Source: Amphiscolops sp. MND2022 (taxonomy: Eukaryota). From it: DNA of 64,000 nucleotides. The position numbers and the translations under genes are program-made. The notes beneath the pieces are model-generated. The model saw only the letters and a program-made list of their open reading frames with translations. It was not told the origin of the DNA and did not search any database. This document shows positions 39,780 to 51,700 of the stretch, piece by piece (position 1 is the stretch's first letter; every line of letters starts with the position of its first letter). The stretch covers positions 40,426,001 through 40,490,000 of the forward strand of contig OZ076409.1 of assembly GCA_964187785.1 (NCBI GenBank), given 5' to 3'.

Positions 39780-42700
39780 TTCTACAACTTTCGCTGAAGA
39801 AATTTCGGTTGGAGAGAAGAGTACTTATCCGAAGTAAATAAAAGTGACCTAAACAAGCTACCCAGATCAAAGATCCAGTTTCAAAAGATGCAAACACTAA
39901 GAGATTTGCAGATCAGAAAAAGCAGATTTAGGTTCAAAAGTTGTCCTAAAAGGTTTCCCAGGGGCCTCAATTTGCTTGAATTGCATTACTCAAAGGGAAT
40001 CCGAACAAGTGTCCATCCGCCCTGCAACCATTGTGATTCGGAGCTTCTGAGCACTTTATATAAATAGTCTTCGATTTTCATGTATTTCCGAGTTGAATAT
40101 TTTTAACTGATTCGAGAGAACCGGATATGTCATTGACTTTTCCAGAATTTTGACTTTTTTGAAGTGGAGCTATTTCTCAGCAAAAGAAAGTGCAAAATGA
40201 TCTTTGTCAGGTAATTTATTTGATGCGCCACTGCGTATTTAGCGGGGCACTTATGAAAACGCAAAGAGGACTTCTCATTAAATTGCACAGCTAAAAAATT
40301 GAAGACGTACATAATTTTACCAATAAAAGCCAAAAAGACCGGGGTGTTAGTTTTAGTCATTCACTGTTGTTCTTCAGCTCGCAAAAAATGATCTCCTCAT
40401 GCACAAAAGAGGGTAAATATACTATACATTACCATCCCTTTCTATATTGAAAAGTATCCTCAAGTCTTGAGAATTCCCAATAAAGCATCTCAATCCTGTT
40501 CATAAGTAGAGTTGCATAGTAGCAATGACGATCATTTGTGTACATACATAAACTTGCATGTGCTTCCATATAGAATGCTTGTAGTTCCTCTACATTCCAT
40601 AAACTTGCTTGGTCTATAAGATATCAAATTATTAGTATGTCTTAAGAGTTAACTAAGCCTGAATGAACACTGAAAAAAATTACATGGCATTTTTTCTTTC
40701 ACCAAAAAAAACGCATATTGCACAGAAAAATCAGTTCGGATTTGCATTATTCGTAAACACGGCACTGAAAAACGCAGTGTTTCCACTAGTGATTTGTAAT
40801 AGAGCGCTCATCGCGTAACAACAGAGGTGGAAAGTTTGGTGGTTTTGTAGTTGAAACAATTCGCTATTTTTTTCTCTCTGACGGGTGAAAGCTTAATTTC
40901 CCAAAAGCTGCCAATCTGGCTTGAATTTGGTCGTCAAAGTTGTTCGGTACTTCTTTCCAAACAATCAAAAGTGTGAAAACTGAAAAAATCAGTGTTCCAT
41001 CACAAGGTGTCCCTAAAAACAGCCCATACTCTCTCATTGTGCGTGAAAAAAGAATGCGGGTTTTTATTTAACCACACTTGAAATGATGCGCTTTGGGTCC
41101 GATCGCCAACTAGGTGAACCGCAAAACCGGAACGCACAAAACTTTGTTTCTTAAAAATCGTATTATTTGTAAACAACACACTGAAACTCAATTTTCTTCA
41201 GTCAATTAGAAAGAAGCTATCGTGACGTGATTACATCTTGAACTAAGGATGGTTCGAACCATCAGGCACAAAGTCTACGCATCTTGACCAATGTTTTCGT
41301 TCTCATTTTCAACGCGTGAAAGGTCTTTCGCTTCTAAAAAAAAAGTACTAGTTTGAATGATTGCTAGCATGCAGTACTGCGATTAAGAAAATTTCTTCCA
41401 GGCGATTTTGGGCGCGATTTCTCGAAATCGATTAAAAATTCTGAAAAACGTCAGAAATGAAAGTTTCTTAGAATTTCATCTAGTTTACATTAGTATTTCT
41501 TCGAAAATTTCCGATATAAAAATTGAGAAAGTTACAAATAGCTGATTTTGTGCAAAATTGAGACTTTTTGCCGTTTTTCCAATTTTTGACCGGTTTATTC
41601 ACAGTTTTTTGGCAAATTTTATGCTCAACTATTTCCCATAAATCTACTGAATCTATAGTTATACTTTGATTTTTAAAAATGATCAACCGTTTTCGAAACA
41701 TCATGCTCGAAAGGTAAAATTTCGTCGATTTACATGTTTTAAGATACGAAATTAACGTTTCGCGGAGGGATAGTGCGATTGTTTTTTCATTTAGAATGTT
41801 TTTGAAACAAAAAAATTTATCAGTAAACTGTCGACAATCTGCAGAATCCGATGAATTTAATTTTTAAGAAAAAAATTCAATAACCTGCCCACAACTGCGA
41901 AAATAACAAAGGCGTTCTTTTTGCGGCTGAGATTTCACTTTATGCGCCAATGAAAATTGAAAGTTAGAGCGAATAAGCAAATTAAATTGGTTGATTACGA
42001 CGCTCAGCGCATAGGGGGATGATTTCTCAATCACAGTTAATTGAACAGTCATAATGAAATATTGAATACTTCTTGCAACTTATATTGACAACTTGTGGAA
42101 CTTCTCTTTGTATTTTTCAAGCTCGTATTCGCGAAAGTTTTTCACGAAATCTAGAAAACTATGTAGAAAATTTGTCAAATTAAATTGCGGTTTTTACGAT
42201 TGCAAAAATCACAGAAAATTTATCTACTTTGATAGCGACATGATTGCTTTGTTTTTGGGAACCAATATAACATAGACGGCAAAATTTAGCAGTTTCAAGT
42301 TTTCAGGTTCAGGTTGCGTAATGAAGTTTCAATAAAGTAGGACACTTTTGCGATTAAAATGCTCCAGTGTTTTATAAAATCGTGATAAAAGTGCTTGACA
42401 ACCTACAAAGCTTGTTCAAAAAATCAATGTTGATGAAACTGAAAATCGTTGTCCCCTTCAAATTTCAGTTTTACTGTTTATCAGAACCTTGAAAATAAAA
42501 CTCAGATCTCTCTTAATTTTTGCTATCATTTGAAGAAACTCTCAAAAGTTAAGAAAACACATATCTTGACCATGGCTCAAGAATACCTGAAACTCAAAAT
42601 TGATCTGTTCAAACTCCACGGTTTAGTTTTTCGTCAAACGTTGAATGCTTGAATGGAGCAGAGAGGCATTGTGTTTGGAGTTCACTCAAAGTACTTCCAA

Positions 42701-43672
42701 CTGGAGGTCGGGTTCTGTTAAAACCCACCGATTTCCAAGTAACGGCATGTCGCTTACGCATTTAGGGACTGATTGAACTACAGTAGGCTACCGAAAGTTC
42801 AACGACAACAAAGTTTTTTTTCGATCAAGGCGGTAAACTCGAGACGCATTGTTTGAAGTTCTTCCCTCAAAACAATCGAACAAATCGATCAAATTAAAAC
42901 AGACAATTTATGGTAAAACATTTTTAGGAAATTCATTTTGCCACAAGGCGATGCTCTTTACAGAGCCCATGTTTACCGAAAAAAAGCTACAACGTTGAAT
43001 TGCTTCCAAACATCGAGTGGCACCCAGTATTTTTCAATTTAGCGGAAATTTTTGAAAATGTTAGTTTTGAAGTCGTCTAATTATATCGGCTCGGTCTGAC
43101 AACCTTGCCAGAACCAACTTACACGCCTTGGTTCAGTGATAAAAGCCGTTGAGAGATTATTCAAGCGTAATTTACAGGGGATTATTTGCAACGACTAAAA
43201 TTTTGATGATCTAAACTGTCAATTTATAGTTTTGAGTTTTCGAGTGTTTGGAGTTAAAAATTCACTTTTGGAAATGTTTCTGTAATGGTATGTCAGAGGT
43301 AAAATAGAGGACGCTAGGCGTATCTGTAGTGCTATGTTTCCGAGTCCATTTGAATAGAAAAATCAAGAAACATTTTTCAGATAGTGGTCAAAAGTGTGTG
43401 AAACTGCAAGAAAAGGAACATTGAACTCAGGGTTATTAAAATAGGGAGGGTATCCATGGGGAGGCCTGGATAAAGAAATGCTTGAAAAACAAACATCGAA
43501 TCATGGATATCTACAAAACTTGTTTTTACAACTGAAATATCGAGAACTATATGAAACTTTCGGTATGCGTAAAATTTTGGTATCCTAGTGTATAAGTATG
43601 AAGTAAAATTATTCAATTATATCTGCTTTTTTGTCCCAAATAATTAGATTCGGAACAGCAATCCCTATCTCA

Positions 43673-44223
43673 CCCTAGTCGAGATTGCTTTCACTTTTTA
43701 CATGCTGAATGGAAACATGCAGTCTATTTTTTTTAAAAAAAAACAGAAAAATCCCGGAAGCCTGCATGGAAACATTTTGTAGGATAACAATGCAGCCTCC
43801 ACTATTTCAATTAAAACTGATAACATTTCCACTTCTTCACTGCCGCGATCACTTTGTTTTGACGCGTAAGTTTCTCAAGAAAGTACCTTATGCAATCACC
43901 TTTAGTCAAGTAGCACGCTGAATATGACGCTACTTTGAAACTTACATTGTGACTAAAGTTTATTCGCATTAAATTCGCGGTAAACTTGATGAAGGTCTCA
44001 GCTGCTTTCAAAATTAGAACAGCGTCTTAATGAAACCTGCAAAACTTTGCGGCCCAGATTTTACGCCAAATATACGATGCATCTTATAGGCAGCTTGATA
44101 AAATTAAATCAAATCAGTGAAGTTTTATTGCATGGGCGTTTCTTTGAGAATTTTATAAAATCATGTAAAGTTAGCTTGGTAACCTACAAAACATGTAAAA
44201 AGTTCAAGCAGTTCCAACCAGGG
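43673..44223 (-). mobile_element. MITE family X, full copy with CA flanks
   Basis: CA|CCCTAGTCGAGATTGC ... CAAGCAGTTCCAACCAGGG|CA. Confidence 0.85.
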
Positions 44224-44423
44224 CATTACTTCTTCCAACCAGTAATTTCACTGCAGTCTTTGCTTTTTGTATGTGTTTTTTTCGTGAATTATTCGAAGTT
44301 TCGGACTAAAGATATAAAAACATGAATCAAAGTAAGAAAATACGTGAGAAAAAGGAAACTATTCTCAGAGAAACTTGAAGGTAATTTCAGCTGGAAATTT
44401 GTAAGCAGTTGATCGGAAGTAGA

Positions 44424-44972
44424 TATATATCGTAAAGCGACAATTCGTTCCAAGCGACGATTCGTCCCAAGCGACAATTCGTCCCAAATTCCAAAAAGCG
44501 ACAATTCGTGCCAATTATTAAAAGCTTTAATTTGTCCCCAATTTAATTGCCAATAAAGACCTTTGTAATAATGAATCCGGAAAGATTAAAATTAGAGGCA
44601 GGTGCCAACAATTAATTTTAACATTCCACGACTAGTACGTTAAAATGCAACATTTTCTAATTATTCTCACATGGTTAAATGAATCCATTTGTAGTTGGTT
44701 TGATTATTTCTTTCGTTTCAACCTTCAAAAGGTTGGTAATTAGCTGATCAATTAAACAATTGGGGACGAATTGTCGCTTTTTACAAATGGGACGAATTGT
44801 CGCCTTTTCAAAATGGGACGAATTGACGCTTGGGACGAATTGTCGCTTTTTGGAATTTGGGACGAATTGTCGCTTGGGACGAATTGTCGCTTGGGACGAA
44901 TTGTCGCTTGGGACGAATTGTCGCTTGGGACGAATTGTCGCTTGAGACGAATTGTCGCCCAACCGATATATA
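44424..44972. mobile_element. Fold-back-like element with inverted arrays of 17-bp GGGACGAATTGTCGCTT
   Basis: ~4 reverse copies at 44436-44512 and ~10 forward copies at 44763-44958, bounded by TATATATCG...CGATATATA. Confidence 0.75.
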
Positions 44973-46136
44973 CATATCCAGTGTGAGGAAAAAATATGTA
45001 TCACTTTTCTAAACTAGTCGTTTCATCTTTGTCTGCAGGGAAGAGAGTTTGTAGAAGTAAAATGGTGATTTTTTGTTGTTTTCAGTATAAGCTCCCTCGT
45101 GAAAATCAAAATAAAAGGTATTCGATGATTTCGGGACTCCACGACGACATCGATTTGATGTGGATTGAAATCATTTACTGTTTTTTTTTGTTTTTTTTTT
45201 AAAAAACTTTATTTTGAGTTTTTTGACATGTGTAAACATTGAAACTTTGATGAAGATATTTGCACCTCGAGACAGCTGTGTGAGACTATTTTCTATCACA
45301 AACTATAATTTCGTCATCCCGATAACCTTTTGTTACTGCGGAATCCGCTATCGATTGTATAAAATAGGCCAGTCCTCAATTGAGGATAAAACCACTGGTA
45401 AGGATATCGCTATATATAAAAAAGAAATGAAATACATGGAATCACATATATTTCAGCCGAGAGATACACAAAGTTTGACGCGTTGTGAAAATCAAAATGT
45501 TCGTAAGTATTCGGATTTGTGATGAATGTTGACCGGCCTTAGCCTTTATTCTTCTTTTCTGTAACTTTGACACGCTTTAACGTATCACCAATGTCTTCCT
45601 TTCTTTGAACTAACCTAGTTCGCTTCCACTGCTTGCCAGCAAGTTCCCATAACAAATGTATATGTTGTATATATTCTACATGAACACATTTCTTCCACAT
45701 GCACTTCTAATTGTCTATTTTTGGCATAAGAACCTACGGAAAAATAATCGGAAAAATTTACCTACGTAACACATTTGGAGTTGTTAAAGAGGTAAGAAGA
45801 GTGTTTTTAGTGCATGAGACCATTCAAAAACAATTATTCCTATAAGTAGATATAAACATCAGATAAAGAAGATTTTGTCATTCTGGTTAATTCGAAAGAA
45901 TAAAACTGTGAAAATCTTGAAATAACCATAGTTTGATCATTGTATGTCATAAATATGATTCTCATACTATTGTATTCATATAGAAATATGTTTTCCTTAT
46001 TATGATCTTTAAATGGAACACATGTTTTCCATACATGGAACTTTATGGATAATATTCCATAACTTACTTAATTTACACTGATACTAATGAAATTTTCGGC
46101 TACTTACAAGGTACTTTCAAAATTCAAGGTACCAAT

Positions 46137-47643
46137 TGTCCCAGGCGTCCGCCTGTGATGGCAACTTGTATTCTATTTGCCACAACTATCAAAAAGCCCT
46201 ACCCAACACGATCCATTTGAATTGAAACTTTTTAAATAAACTGCATTTGTATCTTAAAAGTCATGTAATTTATTTATTTTGAATATAGAATATCATGTAG
46301 TGATGATTTGATATTATGTAATACCGGCGCTAATTTGTACGTTATTAGTAAATTGGACACCAAGGCGTACAGGTAGAGGAAACGCGTTCAAATGTTTTCT
46401 CGCCTGTCGCCTTGGTCCGCCAGTCCAATTAACTCGCTAGCCAATCACAGTGCAGTACTTTCTTTATTCGGTGCTGTATTATGCTGCTAGATTAAAGGGA
46501 CTGAGTGGCCATATGCCGCCAGTCAATAATATCTCAGTCCACTCATGTCGAGTGGACGCTGAGGCCGTTTTGGAATTAAAGGCGCTTACTGGAAAGTACT
46601 ATGAATTGCGTAATAACCAGTGATTTACTGTCTTATTTAGTAAATTATTAGTCCTTAGAGGATATGTGATCTGCGTTAATTAGTACGCCATCAATGTATT
46701 TGATATAATTCATGTAATTAGAAAGTGTTGAAATACATGCAGTTTGTTGAATTCATACATGTATGTCGTTGCTTGTCCGCAAGGACCTTCAGTCTTCCCG
46801 CCACAATAACTGTCGGGGAAGACCCTTTGATCTATGATGATGTCACTAGTTAACCGTTGCTATATTTAGAACTGTTGCTATTTTTAGAAGCCCTTAAGGC
46901 TATTATTAGAAAATGATGATTAATATTATGCGTGTCATGTAGTTTGTTATGTATATATAGCGGAGACATTTAGTCCCGGGACACAAGAAGTTTGACCTTA
47001 CTACATGCTTGTTACTTGATACTGTGTAATCTCACACTGAATTTGCAAGCCTGAGAACTTAATTTAAATTCTTACCTCTTGCAACAATCTCTTATGCCTT
47101 CTACTAGACGTCAAAAAGCGAAAGCCAGGAAATCTAGGGAAATGGACATGATGTCCGACTTTGAAAACTTAGATGTAATGCTGGGAAATAGCAATAATAA
47201 TCCCATAGAAAGGGAATTAGCTGAAGCTATAGACCAATCATCGGCCCATGGGGACGCTGATACACACACGTACCCGGAGAATGAATATAGAGATTATCAA
47301 CATGAAAATGATGTACTGAGGCAAGATGAAATCAGGCACTCCTTTGAAACTTTCTCGAATGAGTTTAATCTCAGATTATCTCAAGAAATGGATTCTATGA
47401 TGTCAATGATGCATAATCAAATTAATAGGGCTGTCACAACAGCTATAAATGAAAGAGTCATCCCAGAAATCCAGAATATTGCAAACTCGATGTCCTCTAT
47501 GGGACACAGGGACACTGAGGCCAGTTCGTCCCCAAATAGTCAGGAAAACAGGGAAAGCGCACCCGGGCCTAAAATAAAAATTGCAAAGAAAGATTCAAGA
47601 TCTGTAGGTGACTTAAGAGATACCATGAGTCATGGTTCTTACA
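46137..47643 (+). repeat. Element B 5' LTR (1507 bp)
   Basis: Direct repeat offset 13,990 bp, no differences spotted by eye; TGTC...TACA; TATATATAG at ~46952. Confidence 0.97.
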
Positions 47644-48782
47644 TGGTGACAGGAGCTACCGACACCCAACCGCAAATTCCCGAATTTCTGACCGGACGAA
47701 TCCACTCAATCCCGAACCTAGAGAGACAACAATCTACACACAATATCTCTCTGGACACGACCCTGCCAGCCCCGGCCCCAGAGGCTCCTGAACCTCCTCA
47801 GGACCCGTTTAATAGATTAGCCGACGTATTGGTCAATTTGCAAAATAAACCGCAATCTATGACCATCAGACCCGTACAAACAACCCCGATGACATTTGAT
47901 GGGAAAAGTGAGAAATTTGAGCTCTTTGAGGACTTGTTCCATACGATGATCAAAATGCAGCCCACAATGACAGAACAAATGAAAATTAATCACTTTCATT
48001 CTTTGCTACGAAAGGGAGCATTACAGACATTCAGGAACATAAACTCAATCAACCGTCAAACTCTCGAGGACGTACTGGTCATATTCCGGAGGAAATATGT
48101 CAAACCGGAATCACAAGCAACAGCAAAGCATAAATGGCACCGATTAACCTTCGACCCAAGTACAATGAAACTACCAGACTTCTTGGAAGAACTGAACCAA
48201 GGTGCAGAAAAAGCTTTTGGGGAAAATGCTAAAAGCATGATCGACAGCTTGTTATACGCGAAATTGCCCCCAAAACTGAAACGATCTGTCAACATGGCCC
48301 GTCTGGAGAATGGCACGTATGAAGAAATAGTAGCTCATCTTGAAAGAGAACTGGAACTCAATGCATTAGAAGAGTCAGATGATCTACCAATGGCCACTAT
48401 GGCCTCGGCGTCCACGAGCCATAACAACTTATTGTCCAATGGTATCAACACAAATAAAGACGCCCAATGCTCATACTGCAAAGCGACAGGTCATTATTAC
48501 AAAAACTGCCCGAAACTCAAGAAGAAAAAGGAAATGGAGGACAAAGACGGTAAAAAACCTCAACGTCCAACTTACCCACCGTGTGACACATGTGGCAAAA
48601 AGAACCACCCAACCGAAAGATGCTGGCAAGGCGCTGGCGCCCACCTGCGACCCAAAAGGATGCAGACAGAACAAAATGACCGAAATGCTATAGACTCCGA
48701 AGGAAAGCCTAAAAAAGCAAATGACTCAGAAACGGCTACTTCAAGCCAATCCAATACTAAAAAACCTGATTCAAAAAACTAA
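47094..48782 (+). CDS. gag: Element B Gag (562 aa from first ATG), starting inside the LTR
   Basis: Capsid-like TFDGKSEKFELFEDLF region; two CCHC knuckles CSYCKATGHYYKNC and CDTCGKKNHPTERC. Confidence 0.9.
   Translation: MPSTRRQKAKARKSREMDMMSDFENLDVMLGNSNNNPIERELAEAIDQSSAHGDADTHTYPENEYRDYQHENDVLRQDEIRHSFETFSNEFNLRLSQEMDSMMSMMHNQINRAVTTAINERVIPEIQNIANSMSSMGHRDTEASSSPNSQENRESAPGPKIKIAKKDSRSVGDLRDTMSHGSYMVTGATDTQPQIPEFLTGRIHSIPNLERQQSTHNISLDTTLPAPAPEAPEPPQDPFNRLADVLVNLQNKPQSMTIRPVQTTPMTFDGKSEKFELFEDLFHTMIKMQPTMTEQMKINHFHSLLRKGALQTFRNINSINRQTLEDVLVIFRRKYVKPESQATAKHKWHRLTFDPSTMKLPDFLEELNQGAEKAFGENAKSMIDSLLYAKLPPKLKRSVNMARLENGTYEEIVAHLERELELNALEESDDLPMATMASASTSHNNLLSNGINTNKDAQCSYCKATGHYYKNCPKLKKKKEMEDKDGKKPQRPTYPPCDTCGKKNHPTERCWQGAGAHLRPKRMQTEQNDRNAIDSEGKPKKANDSETATSSQSNTKKPDSKN
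47644..47656 (+). promoter_or_regulatory. Primer-binding site of element B
   Basis: TGGTGACAGGAGC directly abutting the LTR-terminal CA; cognate tRNA not established (resembles Leu-type TGGTGTCAGGAG). Confidence 0.8.
48773..48779 (+). promoter_or_regulatory. -1 ribosomal frameshift slippery site A_AAA_AAC (gag-pol)
   Basis: Heptamer immediately before gag TAA; pol is in the -1 frame and is closed by TGA just upstream. Confidence 0.8.
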
Positions 48783-48784
48783 TT

Positions 48785-51700
48785 TTGCCACGACTCCAAA
48801 TACATGACTATATGTCGATTCGACAATACGTCATTTCAGATCCTCCAATAATCAAATACAGCCAAACAATCAAGGATACAAAAGGAATTCCCACTGTTGT
48901 CTGGCAGCAACAAATGGAAAAAGCCTGTATTCGAACTTATAAAATAGTACATAATGATCGCCCAGACCGATTTTACGAAATCGACTATACTAAAGACTTC
49001 GAGACTCAATTCCGTCCCTTACCCTTGATCGAAGATTATCACCCTCAATACCCCGATCCTGATTACGGCAAAGACCCGTATTGGGACGACGAACTCTACG
49101 ACAGACAAAAACTCCAGTTTAGACAAGACGAATATCCACCAACGGACGATGAGGATGATCCCCCGATAGTGGACAACAAACTATCCAGAGCCCTCATTGA
49201 ACTTTGGCAGCCAAATTCCGAAGCACTTTTAGAAGAAATAGAGGAAACTCAAGAACAAGAAGACTTTCAAGGCCCCGACAGCCTTTTAGACGAAACAGCC
49301 TTCTTGCACATTTTAGTGGAAAAACAAGGAGAACCGTCATACGTTCCCCTCTCCACCAACCTTGGCCTCAAAATCAAAAGGCGGATGCTATATTTCCCAA
49401 TGGACTTTGGAGAACTAACATTAGATGGTCTCATAGACACTGGGGCCCACTCCAGTGCGATACCAGAAGCTGACCTTAGGAAAATACGGCTACTTGCACC
49501 CCAATCAATAGTGAAAGAGGGTCCTGCCCCGTCATTCCAAATTATGGTCGCCAATGGAGACCTGGAAACTCCGAAGAGTACAGTAGAACTGAAGTTCGAA
49601 GTAGGGGACATAGAGTTCCACGAAATCTTCATAGTGATGGAAAAATTATCCAGCCCCATAATCGGACTTATGTTCTTACAAAGAAACCACACAGTCCTAG
49701 ATATGCGCCAAGGCATACTTAACTTTCCCTTCTTCTCGATGCAATTGAAAACAGCTGACCATAAGTACTCCAATGTGATGGAACCCATCCTCAACCCTGA
49801 GGATATAACGATTCCCCCAAATGGACGCACAATCATCCCTATCCAATCTCAAATTTATGCAGAAAACGCTGTCACTGGAATCTTACAACCCAGTGACCTT
49901 CTAAATGAAGAAAATGATATAACATTTTGTGCCGCCATAGTCACATTGGACGAAGGGACTACGCGGATCCATGTCAACAACTTCACTGATCAGCCCTTTA
50001 AACTCAAAAAAGGGATGCACATAGCGAATTTCTCTGTGATGACTCCAGAGCAAATGAAGCATGTTAGGCCAATAGACCCAGTGTCCACTTGGCACCTACT
50101 CAATGAAAATGAAGAAGACGCTATTTATTATATCAGCAGTCTTCTCAAAGCCAACAGGAATAATGACCAATACGAACAATACTGGTTTCCAACACCCGAA
50201 AACCCAGGGGACGAAGAGTCCCATACTCCAATACAAAAGAGAATTCTTAGAGAATTACGAAATCTGCAAGAAGCAGAAAAACTCAACCCACAAGACAATG
50301 AAGAATCTCGACAAAAATTCCTCAGTAACTTTGACTGGAAGGACTCAATGCTACAACAGCATGAAATCAAACAGATAGAAGCGCTATTAGTCGAATTTCA
50401 CGACATATTTGCCCGTCATAGGTTTGACATCGGTATGAATGAGGAGTTCACGGTCAAATTGACCCCGAAGGACGACTCTCCTGCCTACAGCCAGAGCTTA
50501 CCAACTCCGGTCAATTTAAAAGAGGACATACTGGTCGAATTAGCGTCACTACACAAATATGGAATTTTAACAACATTACCATTCTCAAAGTACGCTAGCC
50601 CTATCTTTGCACAAAAGAAGCCTAATGGGAAACTACGACTACTGGTAGACCTCAGGAAGATCAACAATCTTATTTCTGATGATTATATCAACAACAACCA
50701 TCCAGTCAGCACCTTAACGGACGCTGCTCAACATATGGCCGGAAAGAAACTTTTCTGTAAACTTGACTGTTCGCAAGCGTACCACTGCCTTCAAATGGCG
50801 GACCAACGGTCTATAGAGATGTTGGCCTTCAACTTTGCCAGCCGAACGTTCGCATATCGAAGATTGGCCCAAGGTCTCAGCAGAGCCTTATCGGCATTCT
50901 CCAGTTTTATGAAAGAATATTTGGACCGTGTCATCAAAGCCGATCAATGTGCCCAATACGTGGACGATATTGGCATTGCAGCCAACGACGCGGAGCATCT
51001 CATTAAAAATCTCAGAGCAACTTTCGAATGCATCCGAGAGGCTTGACTGAAATTAACGATGCATAAATGCCACTTTGGGGCAACGGAGATTGATTTCTTA
51101 GGAAGGACAATCACCCCTGAGGGTGTCAAGCCCCAGAAGGAACGAGTCACACAATTCCTAGAAAAAACGAAATTCCCAAAATCCAAAAAAGCCTTACAAC
51201 GTTACCTCGGATTCCTCAATTATTACAGAAACTACATACCGAGGTTATCAGAAAAATTAGTCCCTTTCTTTCAACTATTAAAGAAAGACGAAAAGGTCTT
51301 AGTCACAACGGAACTGATCGAACAATTCAACGAGATCAATAGAGATTTGGACAGATGCACCCAGCTAGCCCTTAGGCAGCCCTTGCCAAATCGACAGCTA
51401 GTCCTGATGACAGATGCTAGCTTTACAGCAGCCGGATATGCTATACTTACTGAAGATGATCCAAATCAGAAATTTACCTCAACCAAGAAATCCTATGCGC
51501 CTATTGCATATGGTTCAAAAACTTTTACTCCTTCACAACTTAAAATGTCAATTTATGCGAAGGAATTCTTAGCCATCTATTACGCCTTCAAAGAATTTGG
51601 ACATATATTCTGGGGCACACCTAAGCCGGTGATTATCCTCACAGATAACAAATCGGTCACAAGGTTCTTCCAGACTAAAATAATACCGCCGCCATTATGG

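Noticed and set aside
36000..43600. Scattered 60-100 aa ORFs
   Set aside because: AT-rich, no recognisable domains or consistent exon chain
44761..44958. Regular repeats resembling a CRISPR array
   Set aside because: 17-bp units are mostly contiguous without unique spacers, have an inverted partner array, and the context is eukaryotic with no cas genes
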